NCBI RefSeq assembly: GCF_001194135.2
Contig: NC_068987.1
Coordinates: forward strand, 79,738,289 to 79,802,288
Direction: 5' to 3'
Length of the DNA: 64,000 nt
Source: Octopus bimaculoides
Taxonomy: Eukaryota
The number at the start of each line of letters is the position of its first letter. Position 1 is the first letter of the stretch. Under the pieces are notes generated by a model, which was given only the letters and a program-made list of their open reading frames with translations, made no database searches and had not been told where the DNA came from. Shown in pieces: positions 1-14,000 of this stretch. The translations under genes and the position numbers were made by a program.

Positions 1-60
1 GGTTAGGGCAGGCGCGGCTAACACCTGCATACACGGCAACCCGTTTAAGTTACTCTCCTA

Positions 61-777
61 ACTAGCCTTCCTTCCTTCCTTTCGTTCTTTCTTTCTCTTT
101 TTTCCTTTCCCTATTTCTTCCATTTTTTTGTTGGTGTTATTATTTTTGTTGTTGCTGTTGTGCGTGATGGTGGTGGAGGTGGTGCTGTTTTTGTTGTTGT
201 TTTTTTTTCCCCCTTCGTCAAACCTAAATTCCTTCTGCAACCTGGCCCACTCTCTCACTCTCTTTTTCTCCCTCTCTCTCTCCCTCTCCTTTTCTCTCTC
301 TCACATCCTCTCTTTCTTACCCTGCACCACCACCCCACCACCACCACCACCATATATATTTCATTGTGCGATAATAGAACCCAACATGGCTCGGGGAGTT
401 CCCTACGAGAAAGGAAACCACACGTATACATACAAACACACACATACACATACACACACACACAAACATACACACACACATACATACATACATACATACA
501 TACATACATACACGCTTACACGTGCAAACACGCACACTCCTACGGCATACACGGACACAGACACAAGCACAAATGCAAGCATATGTAGAAGTGATATACA
601 CATTCGCATACATACGATTACATATATAGACACCTTGACATATATGTGCGTGTGTGTGTGTGTGTGAGTGTTTGTGTGTGCGCGTATGTGTGTGTGTATG
701 TGAGACTGAGTGCGCAAGCTTACACCCATACGAGCAGACACGCACAAATACATATGTGTGTGTATGAATATATTTAT

Positions 778-809
<32 letters not shown>

Positions 810-978
810 GTATATATATATATATATATAAACACATACACATGTAGATAGATGTACATGCATGCTTATATTTATATTTTTACATATACGCAAATATATA
901 GATATGTATGTGTGTGTGTACAAGCATAATCATTCATTCGTACATGTACATACACATATAAATATACCACACACACAC

Positions 979-1009
<31 letters not shown>

Positions 1010-1010
1010 C
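61..1010. repeat. Compound low-complexity/microsatellite block (CT-, GTT-, CA-, ATAC-, TA-rich)
   Basis: Visible di-, tri- and tetranucleotide runs; explains the HT/YI/VC-rich ORFs in the track. Confidence 0.95.
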
Positions 1011-1558
1011 ATGCATAATGATGTTTCAGTTCTTATGATGTGGTTGAACCGAAGCCTGACTGATGTGATCCCGTTCAATACGTACGACTTGTTACGTTTT
1101 TTCTCTCTGATTGGCACAGAAAGTGGATACCAACGCGACATAATGACAGACTAGGAAGCTTAAAAGACGAGGAAAGTGAAAGAAGGGAGGAAAAAAAAAA
1201 CGTTTTCCTCCAACGGTTCTTAATTATCCACTATATTTTATTCACAGCTTACTTTTACAATTTCTTAAGTTTAAACATACCGTATAAGAAAGAAGCTTTA
1301 ATTACCGAATTCACAGTGTTTCAAAGTCTTGTTAATAACAGAGCGAACGATTCTGTAATAACATTTGATAATAGTAATGAGGAACACCTGCCCATAGAGC
1401 CGTGCTAGTTAATGGTAGCTTTTGAAAAGGCACTTTAATGGAACCAGCAATGTATTCTAATAGCTGGCACAACGCACCAACGCCGAGAACCCGTGGTAAC
1501 GTTTATAGACGTCTATTTTACATAAGTTTTTAGGCATTATTTTTCCGCCAAACCCGCT

Positions 1559-1576
1559 GGTTGTTGTTGTTGTTGC

Positions 1577-1609
<33 letters not shown>

Positions 1610-1633
1610 CATTATTATTATTATTATTATATT
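1559..1633. repeat. (GTT)n/(ATT)n microsatellite
   Basis: Direct trinucleotide runs. Confidence 0.95.
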
Positions 1634-4600
1634 GTCGAGATGTCTTACGCAGCAAACAATACTGTTTATTGTGTTTCGAAATTTGCTGAGTTTCTTTTTT
1701 AATGAAGAAATAAATCGTACTAGTTGTTTGTTCAATTCTATTTATAATTTTGTTTTTGCTATTGTAAATTGTTATTTGAGGTCTAAAGTGTTTTTTTTTT
1801 TTATCTTCAAATAATACAAAAGGCGTTAAATATACCTGCTATTACCGTTCACCTTTTGTATCAAGTCTCCTACTTTTAAAATAACAAACATTACGGTAAC
1901 GTCTCTTGTTCAAAACACCGTTTTAAATCGTTCTTATTTGACATGGTTTGTCAAATATTTTACCACAAGATGAATTATAATTTATAATAAAATATTATTA
2001 CGTGGTTTTACTTTATTAGATTTAACAGAAATATATTTGAACCTATTTATCATGAACACTAAAATATTGTTTTCCTAGCAAATAGTCGATATTTTATTTG
2101 TAATATCGAGGGAAATCTTTATTTAAATTTCAGCTGATAACAAGTATTCAATGAATATAACTTTACAGCGAGTATAGAAAAAATATGAATTAGATTTTAT
2201 TTTTGTTTCCGATATTACATTTAGGTGACATCTCCATTGTGTAATTGTTTCGTTCATTTCATTAGCTATTTATAACCTAAGAACGCATTTTCTTATAGCT
2301 AAAATTACTGTAACTCCGTGGAATTGTATAGAAAGCTGATTTTAACTGACAAGTCTAGATATATATCGCGTTAGATTTGATGATATTGATTGTTAAACGT
2401 CTTTATTCGAATTAGACATTTTTGGAATACTTTTAGAAAATTGAAAAGCAAATTTAACTTCCACTAATATATTCGTGCTGATTAAAAAAGTAGAATGCGA
2501 ATGGGAGCTTTCTCTGACAAAAAAAAAAAAAAAAGTAATGCGACTGCAATAAATTAGAAGAGGTGTTTCGTGAAACAAGACAAATAAACACTATGGAATG
2601 ATAACATAATACGATGTGTAAACTGTTTCTTTTGACTAGACCTAACGTTTTAACGGTTTAAAAGAGAAATAAATTAAGTTGTAAATTATGTCTCTCAACA
2701 ATATAACTAACAGAATAATGGAAATATAGTTTTAACTCATAAACCGTTCTTATAGACACTGCTCACTGGTGACTAGTAATCGGCAACTGACTGCTAATTT
2801 ATTTGCACTAAAATGCTTGCAGAAATGTTGGAATTTTAGAAATAGTTTTTAATGGTTAATAAAAAAAAAACTTGAAGTTAAAATGTTTATGTGACTCCGA
2901 ATTTGGACACTTCAGCGACTCATAAATCAGGCACAACCTGCAGTTGACCCAATAATTATGAATGAAATTAACTGCGTGGGACCAGTTGGATGGCATGTAA
3001 ATTCTTTTGGCTGTTCGACTTCATTTCTTATCTAATATAAGACTTCATCTAACCCTTGTATGTCGTTAGCGTGGTATACTCTGTAGTGAAGCATCTGGAC
3101 AATTTCTTTTGTCTGTAAATAACTTAATATATCTTGAAGCGCTCTTTTTACTGCAACAAAATACGAGGCATTATTCCTTTCACGTTTTTCACTATCCAAC
3201 CGTTCAAAGCTTCATGCATGCTATCAATCATTATATGATTAAGCAGAAAGGTAAAAAATATATTCGAGTTTCCATTTACTGAACAAAATCTAATATTTTA
3301 AATTAGTCTTGATACATCATTTCTGTGACTGATTTTCCATTATTAACCGAAGATAATACACTATTACTTAGAAGTGGGAAGCACGATACCCATGACCCTT
3401 TGTTATGTCAGAGGCTCTGAGACTGGTGCTAAGAAGGGAACAGGATATCCTCAAAGCAAAAGCATAGTTCAAATGCGTGCAATCGAGATAATCCGTTAAA
3501 GAACACAAGAAACTAGTGTTAACTCGGGTGATAGATAATGCTTTATATTCATGAGCCTAGAACAAAAGTGCCGGACGAAATACTGCATTGGTATCTTATC
3601 TGATGTTCTAAGAATTCGGTAAAAACCGTTAGCTGGGACTCGTACTTACTTCATCGTCGTCGAAAAGCAAGAAAGGCCAAGGTTCGAAAAAAATATCACA
3701 ATGTTTTATGTTCTACACTAACGATATTTCCAATTCACATCCTAAAATTGTTTCACAACTCCTCATAGCCTAAAGCCTAACAGTTTTAAGACTAATGAAT
3801 CTCTAATTATCATTTTAAAGATGTATCCAACGCCAAAAGTCGAATGGAATGATGTCTTCAGCGGAACAGGATATTGATATGCATTTGCATGTGTTAAACA
3901 GAGCCATTTGAAAAAAGTTGCCATTCTCGTAAGATGCTATTTCCATATTCTTAAAAACACGACATGTTTTCCCGAAGATAACTACTGCTGTTTAGTCTCC
4001 GGTCAACGAAACAGCTTAACCTTAGTTCAGCTAAATAATTCTGATTGAGTCAGTATTCCTATGATAAAACATCATACTACCTATAAACATGCCTTTTTGC
4101 TTCTATATATAATGTAAACAGAGATAATCATAAAATATTAGCGTATAAATTGAAGGAGATTTTGGCTGCTATTTGTAGCTGTGTCAATTGAGTGTTCTCA
4201 GATCGAATAGCACGCTTAGACGAAATTTGTGTTCACCGATAAACAGTAAATAAACATGCACTGATACAGCAAATAGCCGCTTGATTGAATAAAAAGCTGT
4301 TATATTCAACAGTAGTAACATTTAAGTAAAATAGCTATCTGTGTATCGTACGTGATGTGCAAATTTACTGCGGATATATAGACGGGTATTTTAATCTAAT
4401 GCTTATTCTGATGCATAAAACACGAAAGTATTATTGAAAACAATGTTTTTGAAGTGTTCTTGAAAAAATGACAAATATGCTAAAGATTCAGGTTTAAACG
4501 CAAAGTAAAGAGAAGCCAGGGGCTGTTGTATTCTACAACAAATCCAGAACAAATATTTACTTTCATATCTACGTAATGCATTCACATTCAATTTTGATAT

Positions 4601-4762
4601 TGCTTTCACTTGCGATTCGGATAATTAAATAGGAGTAACATTCAATTTTGCTAAAATCTTCTGTACACAAAATGTGTATTGTTGACTGCTTAAAAAAATG
4701 AAATAGACAAAAACAAAGCACCATCAATTATAAATGATTTTAAAAGTTGATATTGAATATAT

Positions 4763-5140
4763 GTTGTTGTTGGCACTCCGTCGCTTACGACGTCGAGGGT
4801 TCCAGTTGATCCGAACAACGGAACAGCCTGATCGTGAAATTAACGTACAAGCACTCCACAGACACGTGTACCCTTAACGTAGTTCTCGGGGATATTCAGC
4901 GTGACACAGTGTGGCAAAGCTGACCCTTTGAATTACAGGCACAACAGAAACAAGAAATAAGAGTGAGAGAAAGTTGTGGTGAAAGAGTACAGTAGGGTTC
5001 GCCACCATCCCCTGCCGGAGCCTCGTGGAGCTTTAAGGAGTTTTCGCTCAATAAACACTCACAACGCCGGGTCTGGTAATCGAAACCGCGATCCTATGAC
5101 CGCGAGTCCGCTGCCCTAACCACTGGGCCATTGCGCCTCC
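4763..5140 (-). mobile_element. tRNA-headed SINE, family A, full length
   Basis: Minus strand starts GGAGGCGCAATGGCCCAGTGG (Pol III A-box-like) and has GTTTCGATT (B-box-like); ends in (CAA)n tail; 11-bp TSD ATTGAATATAT at 4752-4762 and 5141-5151; several homologous copies in window. Confidence 0.93.
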
Positions 5141-5700
5141 ATTGAATATATACTTAAGATGCATTGTGATTTAGATAGGAATGAATATCTATGATTTCAT
5201 TTACTTATGCATGGAATCGGGACTATGCAAAGAATCATCATAAATCTTAAGATAGATTCTAAAAGCTAACTCTGTCAGTTTGTTGAAGGTGTGTGGTTCA
5301 GTGGTTAGATATTCTCCGCTCATGATGTTAAGGTCATGCATTTAGTTTCTAAACTGAACGACACATTTCATATACAACAGCGAGTTAGTTCGTTTCGCAT
5401 TGTACTAGTATCAACCGAGTATTGGTGCCACCGGCAGTGTACTGGATTAACAAATCTGTTAGAGTATAGTAAGAATGCCTTGTACTAGTTCTTCTAGAAC
5501 CTTACGTTCTATGTTCTTATCCTGCCAACGTCACAATTGCCCTGTAAACTTCTGGGGCCGTAATATCGTGAAGCTAATCAACTGACAACCGGACCCCACA
5601 AATTTGAGATCCTTTCTAATCAAATTTCTTTTCTTCCCTGAAACTTTATGCAAACTAATTTTCTGAGAATATAATTTATTGAATCAATATATGAATCAAT

Positions 5701-6089
5701 CTTGTTGTTGGCACTCCGTCGCTTACGACGTCGAGGGTTCCAGTTGATCCGATCAACGGAATAGCCTGCTCGTGAAATTAACGTGCAAGTGGCTGAGCAC
5801 ACCACGGACACGTGTACCCTTAACGTAGTTCTCGGGGATATTCAGCGTGACACAGAGAGTGACAAGGCTGACCCTTTCAATTACAGGCACAACAGAAACA
5901 GGAAGTAAGAGTGAGAGAAAGTTGTGGTAAAAGAGTACAGCAGGGTTCGCCACCATCCCCTGCCGGAGCCTCGTGGATCTTTAGGAGTTTTCGCTCAATA
6001 AACACTCACTACGCCCGGTGTGGGAATCGAAACCGCGATCCTATGACCGCGAGTCCGCTGTCCTAACCACTGGGCCATTGCGCCTGCAC
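5701..6089 (-). mobile_element. SINE family A, full length
   Basis: Highly similar to 4763-5140; TSD ATATGAAT(C/G)AAT at 5689-5700 and 6090-6101. Confidence 0.93.
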
Positions 6090-6572
6090 ATATGAATGAA
6101 TACCCTACAAAGAAAGAGATCAGCTCCTCCAGTTATTGTCATCATGAATTCTTTACTTTTATGCCCCAAACATTTACATATACGCAACTCATACACAGAA
6201 CACTTGTAGTTCAATCCTAGCAATTATAAATATTATCAAAGAGTAAGGTGTAATTTGCAAACAGTAGGGAACATGGGAAGTCCATGAATGTTTTGTTCAA
6301 TAGCAATACTGAATACAATCATCTGAAAGACAGGAAGAAAACAGTAGGCTCATTGTAATCATGAATATTTATATGAAGATATGACTTCATTATAAATATT
6401 ATAAACCTGCTCATGTAGAACCTACGGTGATCAAGATACGGTCCATAATGAATAACAATTTACCAGTTCTGAAAGTAATCATTCTATAATTTCTAATCTT
6501 GAAACACTTTACACAGTAAACGGACCTGATTCAATCGCCACCAAAATACCGATATGTAAATAACTATTGTAA

Positions 6573-6990
6573 AGCCATGTGGCCTAGACGTTATCAATGT
6601 TCATTTCATGATCTAAGAATGTAGGTTCGATTACAGGACCAGGCGTCGCAATATGTTTTTATGTAAGTCATTTCATTTCGAGCTCTTCGTGTCTACTTGG
6701 ATTTAAATGAGTACAAAACTAGTGCAGCGTCCTCTTTCTCCTCTTTCTTTCTCTCTTCCCTCTTTTTTTCTTTTTACTTCTCTCTCTTTATCTCTTCCCC
6801 TCCCTCTCCTTCTTTCTCTTTCTCCTCTTTTCCTCCTTCTCTCTCAAGCTATTACGTCCTGGTTATTCTGCTGAGAGAAGGGTGAAGCGCTTAAAGGTTG
6901 TCTGTGTACATGTAAGCACCTAAATCAAATATGGTGGCAAATATTACCAAGTCACCCATGCTAGAGAACGATGGCTATTTCTACAGTATT
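6573..6990 (+). mobile_element. Old tRNA-headed SINE interrupted by a CT-rich tract
   Basis: TGGCCTAGACG and GGTTCGATT box-like motifs, degraded CORE-like segment and AAATGAGTAC. Confidence 0.5.
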
Positions 6991-7242
6991 ACATATAAAT
7001 CGTTGGCTCTTAAGGCACAAACGGATATCCCTGAACAGAAAAATGCAATTTCAAATAAACATGAAAAGAAAACGGTTTTAAGGTTATGTATATATAAGGA
7101 GCATTGTCATATTTACTTGTTCTTTTCCCTCAGCTTAACATTCGATTAAACATACTTATGGTCAAAATACTTCATTCCTGATAATCCAGTATTTTTGGAT
7201 ATCAGATGTTAGGTTTTACAATATACGTTTTTTCATTTGTAT

Positions 7243-7674
7243 GGCGGCGAGATGGCAGAAACGTTAGCATGGCGGGCCAAATGCTTAGCGGTATTTTGTC
7301 TGCCGTTACTTTCTGAGTTCAAATTCTGCCGAGGTCGACTTTACCTTTCATCCTTTCGGGGTCGATAAATTAAGTACCATTTACGTACTGGGGTTGATGA
7401 AATCGCCTTAATCCCTTTGTCTATCCTTGTTTGTCCCCTCTATGTTTAGCCCCTTGTGGGCAATAAAGAAATAAGAAAGATTAGCATGTCGGGCGAAATG
7501 CTTAGGAGTATTTCGTCTGCTGCTACGGTCTCAGTTCAAATTCCGCCGAGGTCGACTTTGCTTTTCATCCTTTCGGGGTCGATAAATTAAGTACTGGTTT
7601 CATACTGGGGTCGATCTAATCGACTGGCCCCCTCCCCCAAAATTTCGGGTTTTGTGCCTAGAGCAGAAAAGAAT
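7243..7674 (+). mobile_element. SINE family B, dimeric form
   Basis: Two tandem monomers, each with GAGTTCAAATT B-box and GTCGACTTT(G/A)C(C/T)TTTCATCCTTTCGGGGTCGATAAA body, joined at GCAATAAAGAAATAAGAAA; second tail CCCCTCCCCCAAAATTTC...AGAAAAGAAT. Confidence 0.93.
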
Positions 7675-7908
7675 ATATCTTTTCATTTCTAAGATGACAG
7701 AATTCAGTTTCGGAAACATTTGCCTATGGTTTCTGGCAATTCGATCACTTTAACACATCCATTACATTTGTTCTTTAAAATATAAAAAGTTGAATGTTAC
7801 ATTTGCGTTCTTTTAATCAATGCGTAATCTAATGGAAGGACACTTCGTAGAGATTAATGCCTTTCTGATATTTGAACATATTTTAAAAACCAAAATAGTG
7901 TCTATGAT

Positions 7909-8272
7909 GTTGTTGGCACTCCGTCGCTTACGACGTCGAGGGATCCAGTTGATCCGATCAACAGAACAGCCTGCTCGTGAAATTAGCATGCAAGTGGCTG
8001 AGCACTCCACAGACACGTGTACCCTTAACGTTGTTCTCGGGGATATTTAGCGTGACACAGTGTGACAAGACTGACCCTTTGAATTACAGGCACAACAGAA
8101 ACAAGAAGAAAGAGTGAGAGAAAGTTGTGGTGGAAGATTACAGAAGGGTTCGCCACCATCCCCTGTTGGAGCCTCGTGGAGCCTTAGGTGTTTTCGCTCA
8201 ATAAGCACTCACAACGGCCGATCCTATGACCGCGAGTTCGCTGCCCTAACCACTGGGCCATTGCACCTCCAC
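7909..8272 (-). mobile_element. SINE family A with small internal deletion
   Basis: Homologous to 4763-5140; TSD TGTCTATGAT at 7899-7908 and 8275-8284. Confidence 0.92.
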
Positions 8273-8811
8273 ATTGTCTATGATATACAGCATACAATGA
8301 TTCTTTTCCACAACTAGAAAATTGATTAAACATAAATTTGGAGTTACTGGAACAATAAATAAAATGTTTCTTATAGAAGGCCTGAAATATATTGGAAATG
8401 AAACAAGAAATTAGTGATTTTCATGTTTTATTGGGGATTATTTCTGAATATTTGATGGGAATAGATACAAAAACTTTAATCGAAATGTGGTACAAAATAT
8501 GGTTCACCTAGGGCTTGTATTTGTCGATATTGTGTCCCACATTAAAGTAAGGGTTTCCTGTTCAGCCTTAAAAATCATACAATATCATTCAATAGCCTTG
8601 AACTTATATTAGCTATCTTATCTCATATATGGGCCTGTTTCTTCACATCAACCGACAATATTAGTAGTGATGTCCATAAGATCCAATTTGGACTGACATG
8701 TTTAATCAGCCCATCAAATTGTACGTACACGTATTTCCTCTGCCATTAAGAGCGAGAAAGAGGGAGAGAGTGAGAGAGAGCAAAAGAGAGAGAGAGGGAG
8801 AGAGAGAGAGC

Positions 8812-8845
<34 letters not shown>

Positions 8846-9459
8846 ACAATTTCTAGATATACCGACTCTACCCAAGCCTACAATAATCAACTTAGTCATG
8901 CAACTACGATTTACAATACTAAGGTTGAACACTAGAGAGCGTAGGGAATCTTCATTTTTTTTTTTTGTTTTTAATATAGAAGAGCATTTCTTTGAAATTT
9001 CCTTCCTGTACATTTATTTCCTTAATTACTAACCCGAAGCAATTAAAACAAAACATACCATCAATCACAAAATAAGCCAATTCTTCCAGTCATTCCCTCT
9101 AGGTACAGAACTAAATCTTTCTTCTCTCTAACAAGATAAAGAGCGGTATTATTCTGTGCATAACATATAGTATTATACTGGTGCTGGGGATTGTAACTCC
9201 AGCATACAATATACATTTTATTTTGTTTTCGTTTCGAAATATCTAACAATAGAAATCTGAAATAATTATAGTTTTTGCTTTTATCTTTTTAAAATATATT
9301 TTTTTAAAGTCTCACAAAATAGCATTTCCGTTCCAATCTTTCCCGCCATCACAGCAAGAATATTTTCCTCCATTTCTTTCCGCGTTTGTTTTTCAATCTG
9401 TTTTTCTTATTGGAAAGACCAGGATTTACCTCTTGATGTTTATGTATGCTTCTACATGG

Positions 9460-10050
9460 AACTTATTCTCTCTTAGTCTCTCTTTCTCTCACTCTCTTCC
9501 TCTCTTAGTCTTTCTCGCTCTCTCTTCCTCTCTCTTTCTTTCTTAGTCCCTCACTTCCTCTTTCAGCCTCTCGATCGCTCGGTTCATCTCTCTGCTTCCC
9601 CCTCTCTCTCTCTCTCTCTCCCTCTGTCTTCCATACTCTCTCTTTCTGCCTCTCCCTCCCTCTGTCTCTCACACTCTTTCTTTCTCTCTCTCTCTTCCTC
9701 TATCTCTCACACTCTTTCTTTCTCTCTCTCCCTCTATCTCCCACACTCTTTCTTTCTCTCTCTCTTTTCCCTCTTTCTTTCTTACTCACTTAGTCTCACT
9801 CACTCTCTCTCCCTCTTTCTCTCTTAGTCTCTCTCTCTCTCACGCTATCTCTCTTAGTCCCTCTCTCCCTCTTACAGCATCTCGTTCGCTCAGTCTTTAT
9901 GTCTACCTATCTGTCTATCTCTCTCTCTTTTCTCTCACTCTCTCTCACTCTTTTCTCTCTCACTCTCTCTCTCTCTCTCTTTCTCTCTTTTCTCTCTCTC
10001 GCTTTTCTCTCTCTCTCTTTTCTTTCTCTCTCTCTCTGTATTTGTTTTTT
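9460..10050. repeat. Long degenerate (CT)-rich polypyrimidine tract
   Basis: About 600 bp that are almost exclusively C/T on the + strand. Confidence 0.95.
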
Positions 10051-10924
10051 CATGCGTGTGTATGTGTGTGTGTCTGTCTGTCTATTCATATCTTCCCAGA
10101 AAATAGTATTGTTCTGCATTGGCGTACGTAGATTGCTGAACGAAACTAGTAACAAACCACCGCTTCTCTTAGCTTTAATAAAATATAAACCTACATATCC
10201 CAATAAATACATTTAAAAAATTGATCGGCTTTCTTTTAGAAATACGTCTCTTTGAAGACACTGCCAGGCTATTTCTTCCCGTATAATGTACCTGACTAAA
10301 ATCACATGCAGTGTTTAGTGTCTTTTGCAAAGAACCTAGAATATGCTTATTTGAATTATCATGCTGATGTCGGAAGGTTTCCTTGATATATCGTTGCAAT
10401 CTAAGCGTATACCTCTTCTTGTTAACGACAATTATAAATAATACCGCAAGCGGTTCTGGAGAATCATTCCTCCACCACTTACTTCCCTTACACTCATGTG
10501 AGTTTATGAATATATAGATATTTGTATAAAAAAAATAAATATAACTTAAATGGTTTCGTAGAAATACAGTATGTACATGACTACATGATATACAAGCACA
10601 CACACATTAGCACACACACAAACACATACTGGCACAATGCATATATGTATTTGCGTGAATTAAGGCAAAAGCGGGAAAGAGAAGGAAAAAGACAAAAAAT
10701 ATGCATATAGATGTGTGTGTGTGTGTGTTCGTGGGTGTACATATATCTATACATACATGCATGTATGTGTTATATGAACGTGCAATGACTCTCTCTCTCT
10801 CCCTCTCAGCCTCTCTCTCCTTTTCTCACTATACGCCTACATGAGATCCTTTTCTCTTCAATATACATACATATAATATATAAATACACACACGCACCCT
10901 CCACACTCACCCACATATATATAT

Positions 10925-10965
<41 letters not shown>

Positions 10966-11951
10966 NNNNNNNNNNNNNNNNNNNNNNNNNNNNNNNNNNN
11001 NNNNNNNNNNNNNNNNNNNNNNNNNNNNNNNNNNNNNNNNNNNNNNNNNNNNNNNNNNNNNNNNNNNNNNNNNNNNNNNNNNNNNNNNNNNNNNNNNNNN
11101 NNNNNNNNNNNNNNNNNNNNNNNNNNNNNNNNNNNNNNNNNNNNNNNNNNNNNNNNNNNNNNNNNNNNNNNNNNNNNNNNNNNNNNNNNNNNNNNNNNNN
11201 NNNNNNNNNNNNNNNNNNNNNNNNNNNNNNNNNNNNNNNNNNNNNNNNNNNNNNNNNNNNNNNNNNNNNNNNNNNNNNNNNNNNNNNNNNNNNNNNNNNN
11301 NNNNNNNNNNNNNNNNNNNNNNNNNNNNNNNNNNNNNNNNNNNNNNNNNNNNNNNNNNNNNNNNNNNNNNNNNNNNNNNNNNNNNNNNNNNNNNNNNNNN
11401 NNNNNNNNNNNNNNNNNNNNNNNNNNNNNNNNNNNNNNNNNNNNNNNNNNNNNNNNNNNNNNNNNNNNNNNNNNNNNNNNNNNNNNNNNNNNNNNNNNNN
11501 NNNNNNNNNNNNNNNNNNNNNNNNNNNNNNNNNNNNNNNNNNNNNNNNNNNNNNNNNNNNNNNNNNNNNNNNNNNNNNNNNNNNNNNNNNNNNNNNNNNN
11601 NNNNNNNNNNNNNNNNNNNNNNNNNNNNNNNNNNNNNNNNNNNNNNNNNNNNNNNNNNNNNNNNNNNNNNNNNNNNNNNNNNNNNNNNNNNNNNNNNNNN
11701 NNNNNNNNNNNNNNNNNNNNNNNNNNNNNNNNNNNNNNNNNNNNNNNNNNNNNNNNNNNNNNNNNNNNNNNNNNNNNNNNNNNNNNNNNNNNNNNNNNNN
11801 NNNNNNNNNNNNNNNNNNNNNNNNNNNNNNNNNNNNNNNNNNNNNNNNNNNNNNNNNNNNNNNNNNNNNNNNNNNNNNNNNNNNNNNNNNNNNNNNNNNN
11901 NNNNNNNNNNNNNNNNNNNNNNNNNNNNNNNNNNNNNNNNNNNNNNNNNNN
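10966..11951. other. Assembly gap flanked by (TA)n
   Basis: N run; ORFs spanning it are artefacts. Confidence 1.
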
Positions 11952-12007
<56 letters not shown>

Positions 12008-12442
12008 TCACAGCGCATTCAATATCCAAAGTTTTAGAGTGTAAATACCCACAGGTACGCACTCATACATACATGCATATGTGTTCTATGTATGCTGTGC
12101 TTGTGTGTCTGCTTGTCTGTGTCTGTTCGTGTGTGTCTGTGTGGGTTTGATTGTGTGCGTGTGTGCGCGGAAGCGTCTGTGTGCATGTGTGCGTGCGCGT
12201 GCGAATGTGCGAATTTGGATTTATAATTGTATATTACGATTAGGCTTATCTCACAAACATTCATACCGATTCTCATGCAGGATTATATTAATCTATACGA
12301 GAAAATGTATCTGTCTATGAACTTCTATAAACCGGTTTCAAGTTGTATCGCTTCAGCAATTTTTTTATACTCTCAACAAACAATTCGCTACAGGCATTTC
12401 ATTAATAATAGTGTTGTTTGATACATACATACATAAATACAT

Positions 12443-12501
<59 letters not shown>

Positions 12502-12670
12502 CATACATACATACATACATACATGTGTGTGTATGTGTGTGTTTGTGTGTGTGTGTGTGTATCGCTAAATAGTAATAATTATAGTAAAAGAAATCATTCC
12601 GACAGATCTGTAATCTTAGACGTAGGAATACTTGATGTGGTCTTTAAATTATGATTACGTTCTAAGAGGA

Positions 12671-13053
12671 TGGAGGTGCAAAGGCCCATTGGTTAGGGCA
12701 GTGGACTCGCGGCCATAAGATCGCTGTTTGTTTCGATTCTCAGACCTGGCTTTGTGAGTGTTTATTGAGCGAATACACCTAAAGCACCACGAGGCTCCGG
12801 CAGGGGATGGTGGTGAACCCTACTGTACCTTTTCACCAAAACTTTATCTCACACTTTTTCATGATTCTGTTATACCTGTATTTCAAAGGGCCAGCCTTGT
12901 CACACTCTGTGTCACGCTGAATCTCCCCGAGAACTACGTTAAGGGTACACGTGTCTGTGGAGTGCTCAGCCACTGGCACGTTAATTTCGCGATCAGGCTG
13001 TTCTGTTGATCGGATCGACTAGAACCCTCGTCATCGTAACCGACGGAGTGCCA
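12671..13053 (+). mobile_element. SINE family A, full length
   Basis: Reverse complement of the 4763/5701/7909 copies, from GGAGGTGCAA...GGTTAGGGCAG to CGACGGAGTGCCA. Confidence 0.92.
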
Positions 13054-13751
13054 TTCAATATGGTACGAGAGAAGTATGTAGTTGGTGTTCTTCTGAAGTC
13101 TGTTCTTCTTTCTTTTTATAATGATTTAAGAATTATATTTATTACAAAAGATGTTTTGCTGTTGTGTACTTCAAGATTATTCCTGGTTAAGCATAACTAT
13201 GATTAAAATAATTTCAGTCATGCGCATACGACCATTGTTTATATCTAAACCTGTGAAAGCGCGTGCCCTGGTGTCTAGAGCGCGGCATTCGTGATCGCAA
13301 GATCGTGTTTCTGACTTCAGGATTTGGCAATGAGTCGTGCTCTAGAATAAAACATTTCACGTTGCTCTGCGTTCGGTAGATATTATGAGGATTTGAAGAA
13401 AGATGTCTAAAAGAATGTGTTGCATAAAATTTGGTTATCAACAAATCATTTTTGCAAGTTGCTCAGCAATAATTTGCGAAACCATCATATATCGTTTATG
13501 ACAGGAGTGACCATCTTCTTTAAGTCAACATTTACTAAAGTGTCCTTCCCATATATTTATAACTGTAAAGTGTGGTTTTAAGAAACTGAGTGCTATTTCT
13601 AGGAAGTTGAACGACAGCACAGTGGTTCGTTTAACTCAAATCTGGCTGCCCAAGTGAACATCTTCGAGATTTCGTTGTTCCATTGTTTCATATAAATATA
13701 GACAGACATACGTATAAAACAACACATATACATATACAAAAATATACATAG

Positions 13752-13818
<67 letters not shown>

Positions 13819-13828
13819 NNNNNNNNNN

Positions 13829-13864
<36 letters not shown>

Positions 13865-13884
13865 GCTTACATACATACATACAT

Positions 13885-14000
13885 AATACAAAAATTCCCT
13901 GTTGTTGATTTGAAATTCCAATGAAGGAACTTTAGATCTAGGTTAGAAACCGGCTCTTTCTCTATTGGCAAGACATCTTGAAATAAAACTGAACAATGAC
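13885..14000 (+). repeat. Short (~110 bp) interspersed repeat embedded in (ATAC)n
   Basis: Second copy in reverse orientation at 48685-48792 (CCAATGAAGGA..TCTAGGTTAGAA.CCGGCTCTTTCTCTATT.GCAAGA..TCTTGAAATAAA). Confidence 0.75.

Noticed and set aside
58-859. Several 66-180 aa ORFs on both strands
   Set aside because: Translations of CA/TA/CT microsatellites (HT, YI, VC runs); no domain
10806-12150. 400-aa ORFs
   Set aside because: They span an N gap; the same applies at 17.2, 18.7, 29.0-30.6, 39.5 and 47.5 kb
5753-13009. Recurring ORFs containing RVSLVTLCVTLN / RRRKRRSANN
   Set aside because: Chance frames of SINE-A copies
4763-13053. tRNA-like A/B boxes
   Set aside because: They are SINE heads with bodies, tails and TSDs, not standalone tRNA genes
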